Origin: Hydrurus foetidus
Lineage: Eukaryota
DNA length: 34,914 nt
Reading direction: 5' to 3'
Assembly: GCA_900617105.1 (NCBI GenBank)
Contig: UYFQ01000452.1
Span: 1 to 34,914, forward strand
Shown here: positions 24,908-34,914 of the stretch, one piece after another
How positions within the stretch are numbered: position 1 is the stretch's first letter
Layout: the number at the start of each line of letters is the position of its first letter
The notes under the pieces: model-generated
Seen by the model: the letters and a program-made list of their open reading frames with translations, nothing else
Databases searched by the model: none
What the model was told of the DNA's origin: nothing
Program-made: the position numbers and the translations under genes

Positions 24908-27579
24908 ATGGCAGACTTTCCTGGTCTTATATGTGAAGAACCAAGTTGCGTGGCGCACGTCCATGATGAATGTTATCATTGCAAGAAGTCGTTGTGCATC
25001 ATCTGCGTAGATGTTCATCACTGTCCGAATGCACCATGCTCATCAAATTCAGCTTCCGCAGCGAATCAAGTTCCATCTGCTGTGGCTGTGACTGCAGTCG
25101 CTGTCTCCACCGCCTTCGCTCCGGCTGCACAAAGTCGAGCCGCTTTCGAGAGAAATAAGAAAAGAGCAGTACTGGATCTCCTTGCACAGGAGTCTAATAA
25201 ATGTCCTAAATATTCTGCCACCGATTCTTTTGTTGATGTTCGTACCTACCCCTTAACGGTGATGACCACTTCAGTTAATCGATCTTGGCTTTGGAATAAC
25301 TTTAAAAGAATAATAGTAAAAGTAGGTACACCTAAAATAGTGACTTGGGCGGATTCTCATGCAGCATGCAACATTTGTTGCGAAAAAGCGCTAACGGATG
25401 AGAATATAAAGTGGGCTGTTTCGTATACCTCTCAACACAGTCCAGGTCATCTGGAGAGACACGTGAAACAGTATCACAACGAAATCATCGTTGGACGTAG
25501 AAAAGACTTAGCAGTTGAAGAAATGCAATGGAAGTCCATCACATCGTATTTCAAAAAGCATGCAGACATTGAGGAACGTTACTTAAAGTGGGCTGTTCAC
25601 ACCTTTCAGCCTCTGAACACGATAGAGGGGGAGCATTTCCGAGCGATGTGTCGGTCTCTTAGCCCAGAAGCTCCTATCCTGACAAGCTTCAGCGTCATGA
25701 AAAGATTGCTGCAGATGCAGGCAAATATCAAATTTCTCTTCCGGAAGGCTTTAGAGGGCCAGCACATGGCAATAACTTTAGACCACTTGACAAGTATCGC
25801 TATTTCTTTTCTTTTCTTTTCTTTTCTTTTCTTTTCTTTTCTTTTCTTTTCTTTTCTTTTCTTTTCTTTTCTTTTCTTTTCTTTTCTTTTCTTTTCTTTT
25901 CTTTTCTTTTCTTTTCTTTTCTTTTCTTTTCTTTTCTTTTCTTTTCTTTTCTTTTCTTTTCTTTTCTTTTCTTTTCTTTTCTTTTCTTTTCTTTTCTTTT
26001 CTTTTCTTTTCTTTCTTTCTTTTCTTTTCTTTTCTTTTCTTTTCTTTTCGTTTCGAAAATATTGTCGGGGTTGTTACCGACTCAGCGAAGGATATGAATG
26101 CTTTTGGCCGCTTTATCACTTCCACAACAACGTCACATCATAGCTGCTTCGATCACTGTCTTAGTAAGTTTAGAGTCGAATCGAATTGTATTAAATAACT
26201 AACAACGTTATTTGGTGCTGATTTTGCAAAACACTTATTAATTCTTGTTTTCTTTTTCTTTATTAGACTTGTGCACAAAACTAGCATTTCCAGATAGTGA
26301 CTTGTCAGATGGAACGATGAAGAAATGTCGCGATCTGGCGGGATACTTTACCATGTCGTGCCAAGCTGCAGAAATCCTTCGCTTAAAACAAGGACCTCGA
26401 CCACTAGATGTCGTTCAAGATGTAGCAACAAGGTGGTGGTCCACATTTTCAATGTTAGAGAGGATGCTTTATCTTAGGCCTTACTTTTCTTTAATGGTCA
26501 GAGAGGGCCCTACTTTTATCTGTCGTGAACTTGAGTGGTGAACAGTGGACTATTGTAGAAGACATTTGTATTTCAGGAATGTTCAACAGATTATGGAGGG
26601 CGAAAAGTATGTTACCATAAGCCTCATTCCAGGTACAATAATACCAAAAAATTTATGTTCTTGACAATCACTAAGCTAATTTGTTACAATTACGTCTTAT
26701 TAGGCATGATAAATCAAATCAGAGCTGGCATGATAAAAGTTGACGGCGACAATCAGAAGAGTGCTGCCGTTGCTTTGGTATTGCAAAAAATCAAGGCAAA
26801 ATTTGACGAAGAGTTCGGTACTGGAGAAGCCGGTACTGTTTTTACAGATCACATACATGGGGGACCATTTCTGAGGCTGAAGGGGTTTCCACTGAAGACC
26901 ATAATAGCTGCGGCCTTAGATCCGAGGACGAAGACTCTTGTGGGTGAGATAATTAACCATTTGTATGAACGCGCAATTGAGTGTCTTATTCATTATTCTA
27001 TAAACAATAGATATACCAGCTACCGCTGATGATCGCGAGAAGGTATGGGCATCAATCAAAGACATTATGATAGATCCCTGGGTGGCTAGCTACAACGCTA
27101 ATGTAACAGCTTCCGATGTTGCTGTATTACACGGCGCTAGAATTCTACCCGTAGAAGATGATCCATGGGCAGAGGCTAACGAAGAGGTGTCATTGCCAGG
27201 AATACCGCCTATAAATCTACATGAAGTTCACAGGAAAGTAAATGAAGAACTTGTCGAGTATAGAGCGCTCTTGAAAATTGATATGAGAGAGACTCTAGAG
27301 AATGGCGAAAAGGGTAAATTTACCGATCCTCTACTTTGGTGGAAAAATCGTGAAAAAAACTTTCCAACATTGTCCAAAATAGCGAGAAAAATCCTCTGTA
27401 TCCCAGGCACATCTGCTCCCTCTGAGAGAGTATTTTCTGTTGCAGGACTTACTATTTCAAAACTGCGTGCTAAGCTTGATCGTGAGAATGCTTCCTGTTT
27501 GATATTTTTAAGAGACAATTGGGAGTTGAGTGAAGAGTTAAGGATATCCATGAAAAATGCTGTCAATGATGTCGCATGA
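24908..27579 (+). pseudogene. hAT transposase with three predicted introns, disrupted
   Basis: BED-like finger (CNIC...HLERHVKQYH), ITLD, VVTDS, CFDH, TRWWST, and the dimerisation domain PLLWWK...PGTSAPSERVFS. Frame-preserving introns at 26164-26266, 26633-26703 and 26944-27010. Disrupted by a microsatellite and a frameshift near 26525. Confidence 0.92.
25803..26049. repeat. (CTTTT)n microsatellite, about 49 copies
   Basis: Directly visible, with one interruption near 26011-26020. Confidence 0.98.
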
Positions 27580-27953
27580 ATGTAGCAGAATAGCAGAAAA
27601 GGTGTTTTGTAGTATCTGATTTTTTATTATATAAGAAAAAGGCTGTCGTTTTAACGAATTTCGCTCTATTTTGGTGTGTCGGCTAGACATCTGGCTAGGT
27701 TCTAAATGCTGGTGTGTGGCTAGTGACTAGGCTAGCAATTGTGTCTGGGCTAGCAATTTCGGCTAGATTTGGACGTTTTTACGGCTAGCCGGGCCAAAAT
27801 CTATAAAAAGGGCTAGCCAGAACCCCTAGTACACACACTCAACACCTCCGCAAACAAAGGGAAGGCGACGGTAGTGGCAAGATTTGTATTTTGGGGGTCT
27901 ATTTTAGGGGGACTATCATTTGGGGGGTCACAGATCCAATGAAAGGGGGACTA

Positions 27954-28383
27954 CCGTCTAGTCCTATATGTTTGGTAAACGGTTTTGTCAAAATGACTGT
28001 TTTTCGAGTATACCAAGTGCAATAATGAAGAAAAGTTAGGGTATTATTCGCGCATCGCATGCCCCATGAAATTCCACACAAAATTATATATGGTCGTATC
28101 GCATGTCTGATTATGGTTTAGTTGCTAATGGCTGCTTAGCGCACCATTTTTGACATGTTCGGTACTTGGGGACCGCGATATTGCAAATCGCAAAATTATT
28201 TTGACAAATTTCAAATATGCCATCTATCTTAAATAATTGTGCTGAATTTGAATTGATAGCTAACTCTTCATGATTCTGAATATTGATGAAGATAGTTTTT
28301 CGGTGAAATTATTTTTTGGTGATTTTGAGTGTGGTCAAATGGCCTATTACCATTTTTTTTACCAAACATATGGGACTAGACGG
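27954..28383. mobile_element. 430-bp MITE with TA TSD and CCGT termini (Tc1/mariner/pogo type)
   Basis: 26-bp TIR CCGTCTAGTCCYATATGTTTGGTAAA with 1 mismatch, TA on both sides. Confidence 0.9.
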
Positions 28384-28427
28384 TACTGCCATAATCAATG
28401 CTACGTCACATATAATGTCCTGTACGC

Positions 28428-28640
28428 ATGAACTGGAAGTCCACCAAAATTGGATTATTTCGGAAAATCAAAACACGGATACTACCTGGTATCAAATTTT
28501 TTGATAGCAGGTAGCTATTTGCTGAGGTTCAAATTGGACCCCAGCGAATTGCTACCTGGTATCAAAAAATTTGAAACCAGGCAGTATCCGTGTTTTGATT
28601 TTCCGAAATAATCCAGTTTTGGTGGACTTCCACTGTTCAT
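28428..28640. repeat. Near-perfect ~210-bp foldback (palindromic MITE-like)
   Basis: TGGAAGTCCACCAAAATTGGATTATTT...CACGGATACT is mirrored by AGTATCCGTG...AAATAATCCAGTTTTGGTGGACTTCCA. Internal TACCTGGTATCAAA repeats. No clear TSD. Confidence 0.9.
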
Positions 28641-28924
28641 CTAACAGCGAACCTATACGAAAATTTTCGCACACATGCCGGTTTTTGAAAAGCGCGGTTT
28701 TGTCCCGGTATTGCTTTTGTGCCCCACGTGCACAGGAATGGATAATCTGGGTGGATCTACACCCAGCTTTGGAATTTAAGGAAATGGTAAAACCCCGTGC
28801 AAAGATCCCTGAAATTCAAAAATTCAAATAATTGCCGTAGTTATCAGGAAACGAAGTCTCACAATCGTTGCCAATTTAGTCACATTTTTTGCATCATTCT
28901 GCCCTCCAGCACCTACTTGTCACG

Positions 28925-30515
28925 ATGGCGAATCTAAATGCTGTCATAACTGCTTTTGAGTCACTGCAGAGCTGTCGTTTTGAGCCCCACTTCTCTGTTT
29001 TAATGACCGGAGATGGCAGAATCACAATACCTGCAATCGACTTTTTGTCGTTTGGTGGCGTCACTGATGTCATACTTCTGAACGACTTTGTAAGATTTAT
29101 TAAGAGAGATAAGTTGACTATGGCATTTCGTTTGCTGCTGCATCTCAAATGGGGCACTTCTCCTGGTGGCATCAACTGCAAGCTCTCATTCAACTTGCCA
29201 CTTTCGGACGTAAACCAGTTGCTGAGGAAAGAGCTTATAACTGTTATAACACCAGCTCCAATGTTACAATTCGTGGGTGATCAATTAGCGATTGCAGGCG
29301 ATCAGAATCTGAAAGTCCAATCAGAAACTATTCTCAATCTTATGATTGAGAATGACTTCGCTGCGATGGAAATCAAGATCCCACCTTCTCTGCAGAGGAT
29401 ACTGTCAAAGAAAGCAACATGTAGTTCGAAAACATCAGCGAAATATGCTTCAGCGCTCGAAAGAAGCATCTCACTCTTGATTGAGTCAACGGGATTATCG
29501 AAGAACATTAATTTACAAAATCAAGTACTACAGGATGTCCTACGAAGACTAGGAAATAAATTCGACACAAATGAAACATTAGACATGACGCAAACAATTA
29601 TATCAAATCTAAAGTGTCTAGTAAATGACATACGGGAGTTTGGGACTAATGATATCAAACAAATAAAGTATTTAGAGGGCCTGGCTCTAGCTGTATCTGG
29701 TGGCATCTCTGTGACAAAGATGATGACAGCTACGGGCCTTTCGAAGAGAACGCTTCAATATGGAAAAGAGTTAAGAAAAAAGTTCGATGAGAAAACGGTT
29801 AAAGCGAAGACTGAATCAGAAATAAGTACAGTTGCTCATATAAATTTGCTTAATGAAGATCAAGTTAATAGCGAGAGTAATGAGGACATTACAAATCAAA
29901 ATAATATTGATAGTGATTCTGAGACAGTGTATTCAGAAGAATCAATATCGGAAGATGATAATAGTGGTAAAAGAAAAAGAGCAAAGAGTGGAGAAGGTGT
30001 AAAAAAATTGAATGTCAACAGATATTGGTCATAGATTTCAAGGAAGTTTAGAAAGACTAGGAGTGACTTAATAAATGGGGTGGAAGTGCAAAGATTTTGC
30101 CACGAGAGTCAATGGGGTGGCAGGCCGGACACGTTGAAGTTATCGAAACAACAAGTCATAATAGAGCAGCCGTTAGGAGGATTCCAATATGAAAGTCTTA
30201 GGTCATATCAATACACACTAAAAGAAATGTACAGTCACTTCAAGTCGTCGGAATATGGTGCGAGACAGAGGTTGGAAAACAGCAAGAGGGATTTATCGAT
30301 AAGGAGATTTCGAGAGCTCATATGCCCCTGCATGACGCAAGCAAAGCAGAGGGATACAGCGGACGAAATAATTACAGTGTTCAAACACTGCTTAAGAACA
30401 TGGGATATCAACATGAGAAAGAAAGATCGAAACATAAGGGCATTAATTGAAAAATGCCAATTAACAGAATGTAAACAGCATCAAAAAAAATCGTCAATAG
30501 CAGAATTGTATACGA
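28925..30515 (+). pseudogene. Large ORF remnant, possibly the N-terminal half of a Sola-like transposase, truncated by the LTR insertion
   Basis: ORFs 28889-30034 and 30080-30532 share a frame and are separated by one TAG. The series RKTRSD...TLKEMYSHFK...SIRRFRELICP resembles Sola-type N-termini as I recall them. No catalytic domain is in view. Confidence 0.45.
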
Positions 30516-30714
30516 TGTATGACTCCGGATGAGAAAGATGAGGGGGGTGTCTAGAGGTGGTAGTTAGTTACAGCAGGGAAAGCTAGAAGCTAGGGTTAAC
30601 TTCTACGTGGAGGCTGTAAGTGGCTACGACGATACAACAGACTGTAGTGTACGGTGGGTAGTGTACCGTAGTACTATCCGGTAGGATCGGGACCTTGGAC
30701 CTGGAACTACCACA
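30516..30714 (-). repeat. Putative 3' LTR (~199 bp)
   Basis: On the minus strand TGTGGTAG...GTCATACA directly follows a purine-rich tract, and the upstream ORF ends just inside it. The 5' LTR is not available for confirmation. Confidence 0.6.
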
Positions 30715-30739
30715 CTACCCCCACTTATCCTTCTTTCTC
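30715..30739 (-). promoter_or_regulatory. Polypurine tract (PPT)
   Basis: Minus strand GAGAAAGAAGGATAAGTGGGGGTAG abuts the LTR-initial TGT. Confidence 0.6.
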
Positions 30740-31074
30740 AAAGAAAATCTAAACTACACTAAACTATGGCGAAACCCCCGTTTCTATATGTGAAAATCCC
30801 AATATTTAACTAAGAACATAAATGATTACTGAAAACGAAAATCAAGATTATGTACAAATAACTTAAATGTGCAGGTATGTACAAAAGAAATGTATAAGGG
30901 GTTTCGGAGATTTGAGAAAGATAAGTATAAGGGAGTATGTACAAAACAGAATCGTTCTGTTGTACGAGGGTCTAACGTAATTATGTCAGATTTTTACTGA
31001 CTAAAAAACCATAAAAATCCCTTGTGAGGGCAAAAATTAGGCCAAAAAATCTTCAAAAGATATTACGTTTGAGC

Positions 31075-34000
31075 TCAAACCTCGGTGGTTGATCCCTCAA
31101 TATTCCTGGGAACAAAACGCGACATGTTATTGTTCCTCAAGTATACATGGAGTGCATCACAGAGCCGGAGATTCTTCCAAGGCTCCCATGTATTATGTGA
31201 GTCATCATAGTTGAGCCATTTCACATGGAACGACATCGTAGTCGGTTTCTTTTTATCACCCGAGTGATTAAGAACTTTCTCAACGAAATACTCCATGTAA
31301 TCGCGACGTGCTGTATCAGCAGGTAAGCCCATCGAAGGGTCATAATTGAATATTTTAAGATTCGTTACATGTACACTATTGTGTTTATGTGTAATTAAGT
31401 TCGCGAGAACATACTCGGATCCTTCAAAGGATACAACACGGAAAGGGCCTTTCCATTTAGTGTGTAATCGAGTTGGAGGGTGTTCTTGTTTTACCAAGAC
31501 ATACGACCCTATAGGGAACACTGTCAAACCGGATGTCGACTTTTTGTGTTTTTCATCACATTTTTGAAGTGAGTCGATTGCTGCATCGAGGACTTTGTCC
31601 TGTATCTCGATTAAATCAGCAATGTATGTTGAATTTGAAGATGATACCATTGGTAACAAATGAGGTGTTAAAATCCCTCGATTCAAATCAAGTTTATCCG
31701 CGAATAGGATAGATGCTGGACTTGCACCCGTACGTTTATTAACTGAACTATTTATAATTCGTTGTACGAACGGAATGCATTTTGCATAATGGACAAGAGA
31801 CGGTGTATCGAACACCAGTCCTTTTAAATGTCTATTTATCTCTTTATTGACTCGTTCAACAATCGCATTCTCTTGAGAGAGTAAGCTAGAGTGAGGTTAT
31901 GGGGCGTACCCGTAAGATCTAAGAACTCTTTTATGAGATCATTAGCGAAATGGGATCCACGATCCGATCTTATCATGTTTGGCGAACCGATCGACCAAAA
32001 TGTGTTAATAAACTCTCCGCTGCAGATTCGGCAGTAGCGTCCTTACACCAGAACATTTCTGTCCATCTGGAGAAGGTGTCAATTATGACGAGAATATACC
32101 CCTTATCGGGGAAAGGACCCACATAGTCAATATTCAACGTATCGAAAATTGCGTGAGTAGAAGTTGAAAAATGGGCTGCATTGATTTTCGCATCAACCGC
32201 ACTTAGTTTTTGACAACAAGGACAGTTCCGTATGTATGAACGTACGTGCTGTTTCATATTTCTCCACACTTGGTTTAGACTGTAAAGTCGAGTGAGGGTT
32301 CGGTCGACACCGTTGTGACCAACAATTGCATTGTGGCACATCTGGATATGAAGTATTTGTTCATCTGTGGCCGGTTCGATAACCGTTAAAGCCGCCACAC
32401 TTGTGGAAGAAGATGAAGATGATGATGAACAAACATCTCTGACAATTGTCAATGGTAGAGCAATTTCAGTAAGATTTGGACATAAACGTGATAGCGCATC
32501 GGCTAATTCGTTATCCGATCCTTTAACAAAATGAACGGTGAAATCGAGTTCTTGCATTGCAATGAACCACCGTGCTACCATCGAAGTAGGGTTTTGTTTC
32601 ATATATGTCAAATTCATATGATCAGTATGAATAGTGAATTTCCTATCTCGGATAAGGTAATCCAATTGTTGGCAGCAATAAAAGATAGCGTAAGCCTCCT
32701 TTTGTATTGTTGACCAATTAATCTGAGTTGCAGATAGAGATTTGCTAATAAAAGCGATTGGTTTCCATTCGTCATTAATGACTTGGAATAATACACCACC
32801 GATTCCATAATCAGATGCATCAGTATATAATCTGATGGGTGAAGTTTCATCGATGAAATACATCAATGGACAACGAGATACCGCGATCTTTGTCTCATTG
32901 AATGCGTTTGTCCCCTCGAGGGTCCAAAAAATTGGAGAGCGTTTAACCGCCTTTGGGTCCACCATCATGTGAAGTGGTTTTACCATTTCTGAGTGAAAAG
33001 GAACGAATTGACGGAAATAATTGGCCAAGCCAAGGAATCCCCGTAATGCCGTAACTACTTTGGAAGTGGAAAGTTGAGTACTGTCTCAATCTTTTCTTTC
33101 GACATGGATAAACCATCTTTGTCGATGACTCGTCCTACGTATTCGATACGTTTAAGACCGAATCGGCATTTCTTTGCTTTGAGTTTAAGATTTTTAAGTC
33201 TAAATCTCTCAAAGACTTTCCTCAAGTTCAAAAGAAACTCTGCTTCGCCCCGGCCATATACAATGCAATCGTCGAGATACATCTCGCAACAGCTGTATAT
33301 GAGACCGTGAAGGACCGTTGTCACCATCTGCTCTTGAAAGTAAGAGGGGGCACGACAAGGGCCAAAAGGCAATCTTGTGAATTGAAACACCCCCATGAAA
33401 CATATAAATGCCGTATAGATTCGGTGGGGTGTATATAAAGGAGCTTGATGGTAACCCGCGGTTAAATCCATCACCCCATAAATATCCGGTTTTCGATTAC
33501 CGATCCTCTCAAAGAGGTGTTTGATATTTGGTAGTGGAAAGGAGGCCGGCTCAATGCATTCATTGAGTGCTCGATAATCGATGCAGGTTCGATATGTATC
33601 GGCTGTCTTATTTACCATTACAGGATGACTGTAGTATGCAGCGTTCGACCTCTCGATCACACCATCTTCCAACATTTCTTCGATAGAAGTGCGGAGATAC
33701 TGTTCCTTTTTAGAGGATTGGGTCGCACTGGTGCGTGGTTCGATGGAACCTCCCATTTCTGCCGTGGCAGGTTTATCTCAAACGGCTTGAGGTCAGCAGC
33801 TTGCGGAGCTAGCTTATCACTGAATATATCAGCGAATTCAGAACAGAGAGTACGGAGATCGTTTTGAAGGCTTTCATCTCCTTCAAAATGAATCTGAGAC
33901 AAGAAATCATCCGGCCCATTGGGCGGTACATTCCGGCACGTCTTGTCACGCAAGAAAGGTGCGAAGGTATCAGTTTTATCATCGTCAATCTCGTCAACGG

Positions 34001-34867
34001 AGAGTGCGACACCGCTTGGCCATATGGCTTCCGCGTCATAGTCTGATGTAACAGTGTCCCCAGAGGTATGTGTGAGGATGGGAATCGAGTCACCATCTAG
34101 GTGCGGGGTATCACCCGTACGTTTCGCGAGTACAGTCGAGACACTGTCCAGTCGCTCACAACCCACATCACCACATGGACTTTGGGTAGCTACTCCCTTG
34201 GTACCATCCTGGGTAACGTTACACGTGAACGTTGTATGACAACCTGACCCTACGACTTCCTTGGTTAGAGGTGCGTGCAGAATGGCCTTCTTAGGTGTTG
34301 GCTTTGGGCATAGACCGTATGGTTCTTTCCGATCCGAAAGTTTTGCTTTTGTGTGATACCCTTTAACATATCGTATGTAGGTGTAATCGACTCTACTTCG
34401 GTTCTTCGGGTATGAAAACCCTCAGATATCATACGTCTGGTGTATTTGTGCCAGTGAAGCGGGTCAAGCTTGGCTATCGCTTCCCTTTCTTCAAACTCGA
34501 GCCAACGAGCATCACGCTTCCTTTTGTTCTCGGCACTAAGCTCGGGAGAAATGCCAAAAGCGAAAGGTGTTAATGACATAAAATCATATTTATTTACAGT
34601 TTTTCGACTTAATAAAAGTTCAATGTCTGTGTTCCTATTAACCCGCATCGTTAAAGGGATGGTATGACATTCGCCGTCATAAGAATGAAATTTAAGAATT
34701 AAATCAATCATTTCGTTATTTATATAGCACTGGCCATCGAGACCAGAGCAAACAGTAATGGCTTTAGAAGCTGTATAACAGTTATGTTTAGCATTCAATT
34801 TATCAATCATAGTGAAGGAAATAAAATCCTCGGAGTAATTGGCGGTATCGAGTACGGCCTTGCCCAC
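31075..34867 (-). pseudogene. pol: pol polyprotein, frameshifted
   Basis: Protease VLDTA; RT CIDYR, DLTAGYHQ, LPFG and YLDD; RNase H TDAS, KEAYA, TDH and ADALSR; integrase HHCC, IDYVGP and WKGPF; chromodomain YFVEKV...VKWLNY...TWEP. Frame breaks near 34265, 33720, 33055 and 31990. Confidence 0.95.
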
Positions 34868-34914
34868 AATGCGTCGTACGCTAGATTGGCGCTCCTTATC
34901 CTTATTCTGTACCG

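Larger units (their letters stand above)
24183..27828 (+). mobile_element. Full-length hAT DNA transposon (3646 bp)
   Basis: Perfect 16-bp TIR TAGGGGTTCTGGCTAG, perfect 8-bp TSD GTACACAC (24175-24182, 27829-27836), and subterminal GGCTAG/CTAGCC arrays at both ends. Confidence 0.96.
19533..27871 (+). mobile_element. pogo-like DNA transposon P2, internally deleted or rearranged, hosting nested YR and hAT elements
   Basis: Left end TA-CCGTTGCCTTCCCTTTGTTTGCGGA...GTGACATAGAACTCCTTTTTGTCC (19533-19587). The right TIR is split by the hAT into 24149-24182 and 27837-27871 and is followed by TA. Confidence 0.78.
30516..34914 (-). mobile_element. Ty3/Gypsy chromodomain-bearing LTR retrotransposon, 5' part beyond the window
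   Basis: Domain order PR-RT-RH-IN-chromodomain, then a polypurine tract and a TG...CA-bounded segment. Confidence 0.93.

Noticed and set aside
25778..26143. KRKEK-repeat and FFSFL-repeat proteins
   Set aside because: Translations of the (CTTTT)n microsatellite.

Overview
This is a eukaryotic, transposon-saturated window: GT-AG introns are visible in two transposase genes, and I recognise no host gene. From left to right it holds: (1) a decayed Crypton-like tyrosine-recombinase (YR) element whose 3' half is amplified into 16 full ~715-bp tandem units plus a partial one (1835-13419), with every unit junction at the tip of the element's 3' hairpin; (2) two adjacent pogo-like DD35D elements with CCGT-type TIRs (14276-19462 and 19533-27871), each also carrying remnants of the same unknown convergent gene; (3) nested insertions in these: a TTAA-TSD MITE, a second Crypton-like YR element, and a full-length hAT with an 8-bp TSD; (4) further MITEs/foldbacks; (5) a possible Sola-like transposase remnant cut by (6) a Ty3/Gypsy chromovirus. 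All coding regions are disrupted. The most striking feature is the cis-architecture of the YR elements. Each has a long 3' hairpin with symmetric CGAG/CGAG mismatches that should fold better on the antisense strand; element 2 also has a C-GCA-G tip and an internal segment complementary to the predicted circle junction. This suggests a folded single-strand recombination substrate. Everything was read by eye; no database searches or folding computations were run.
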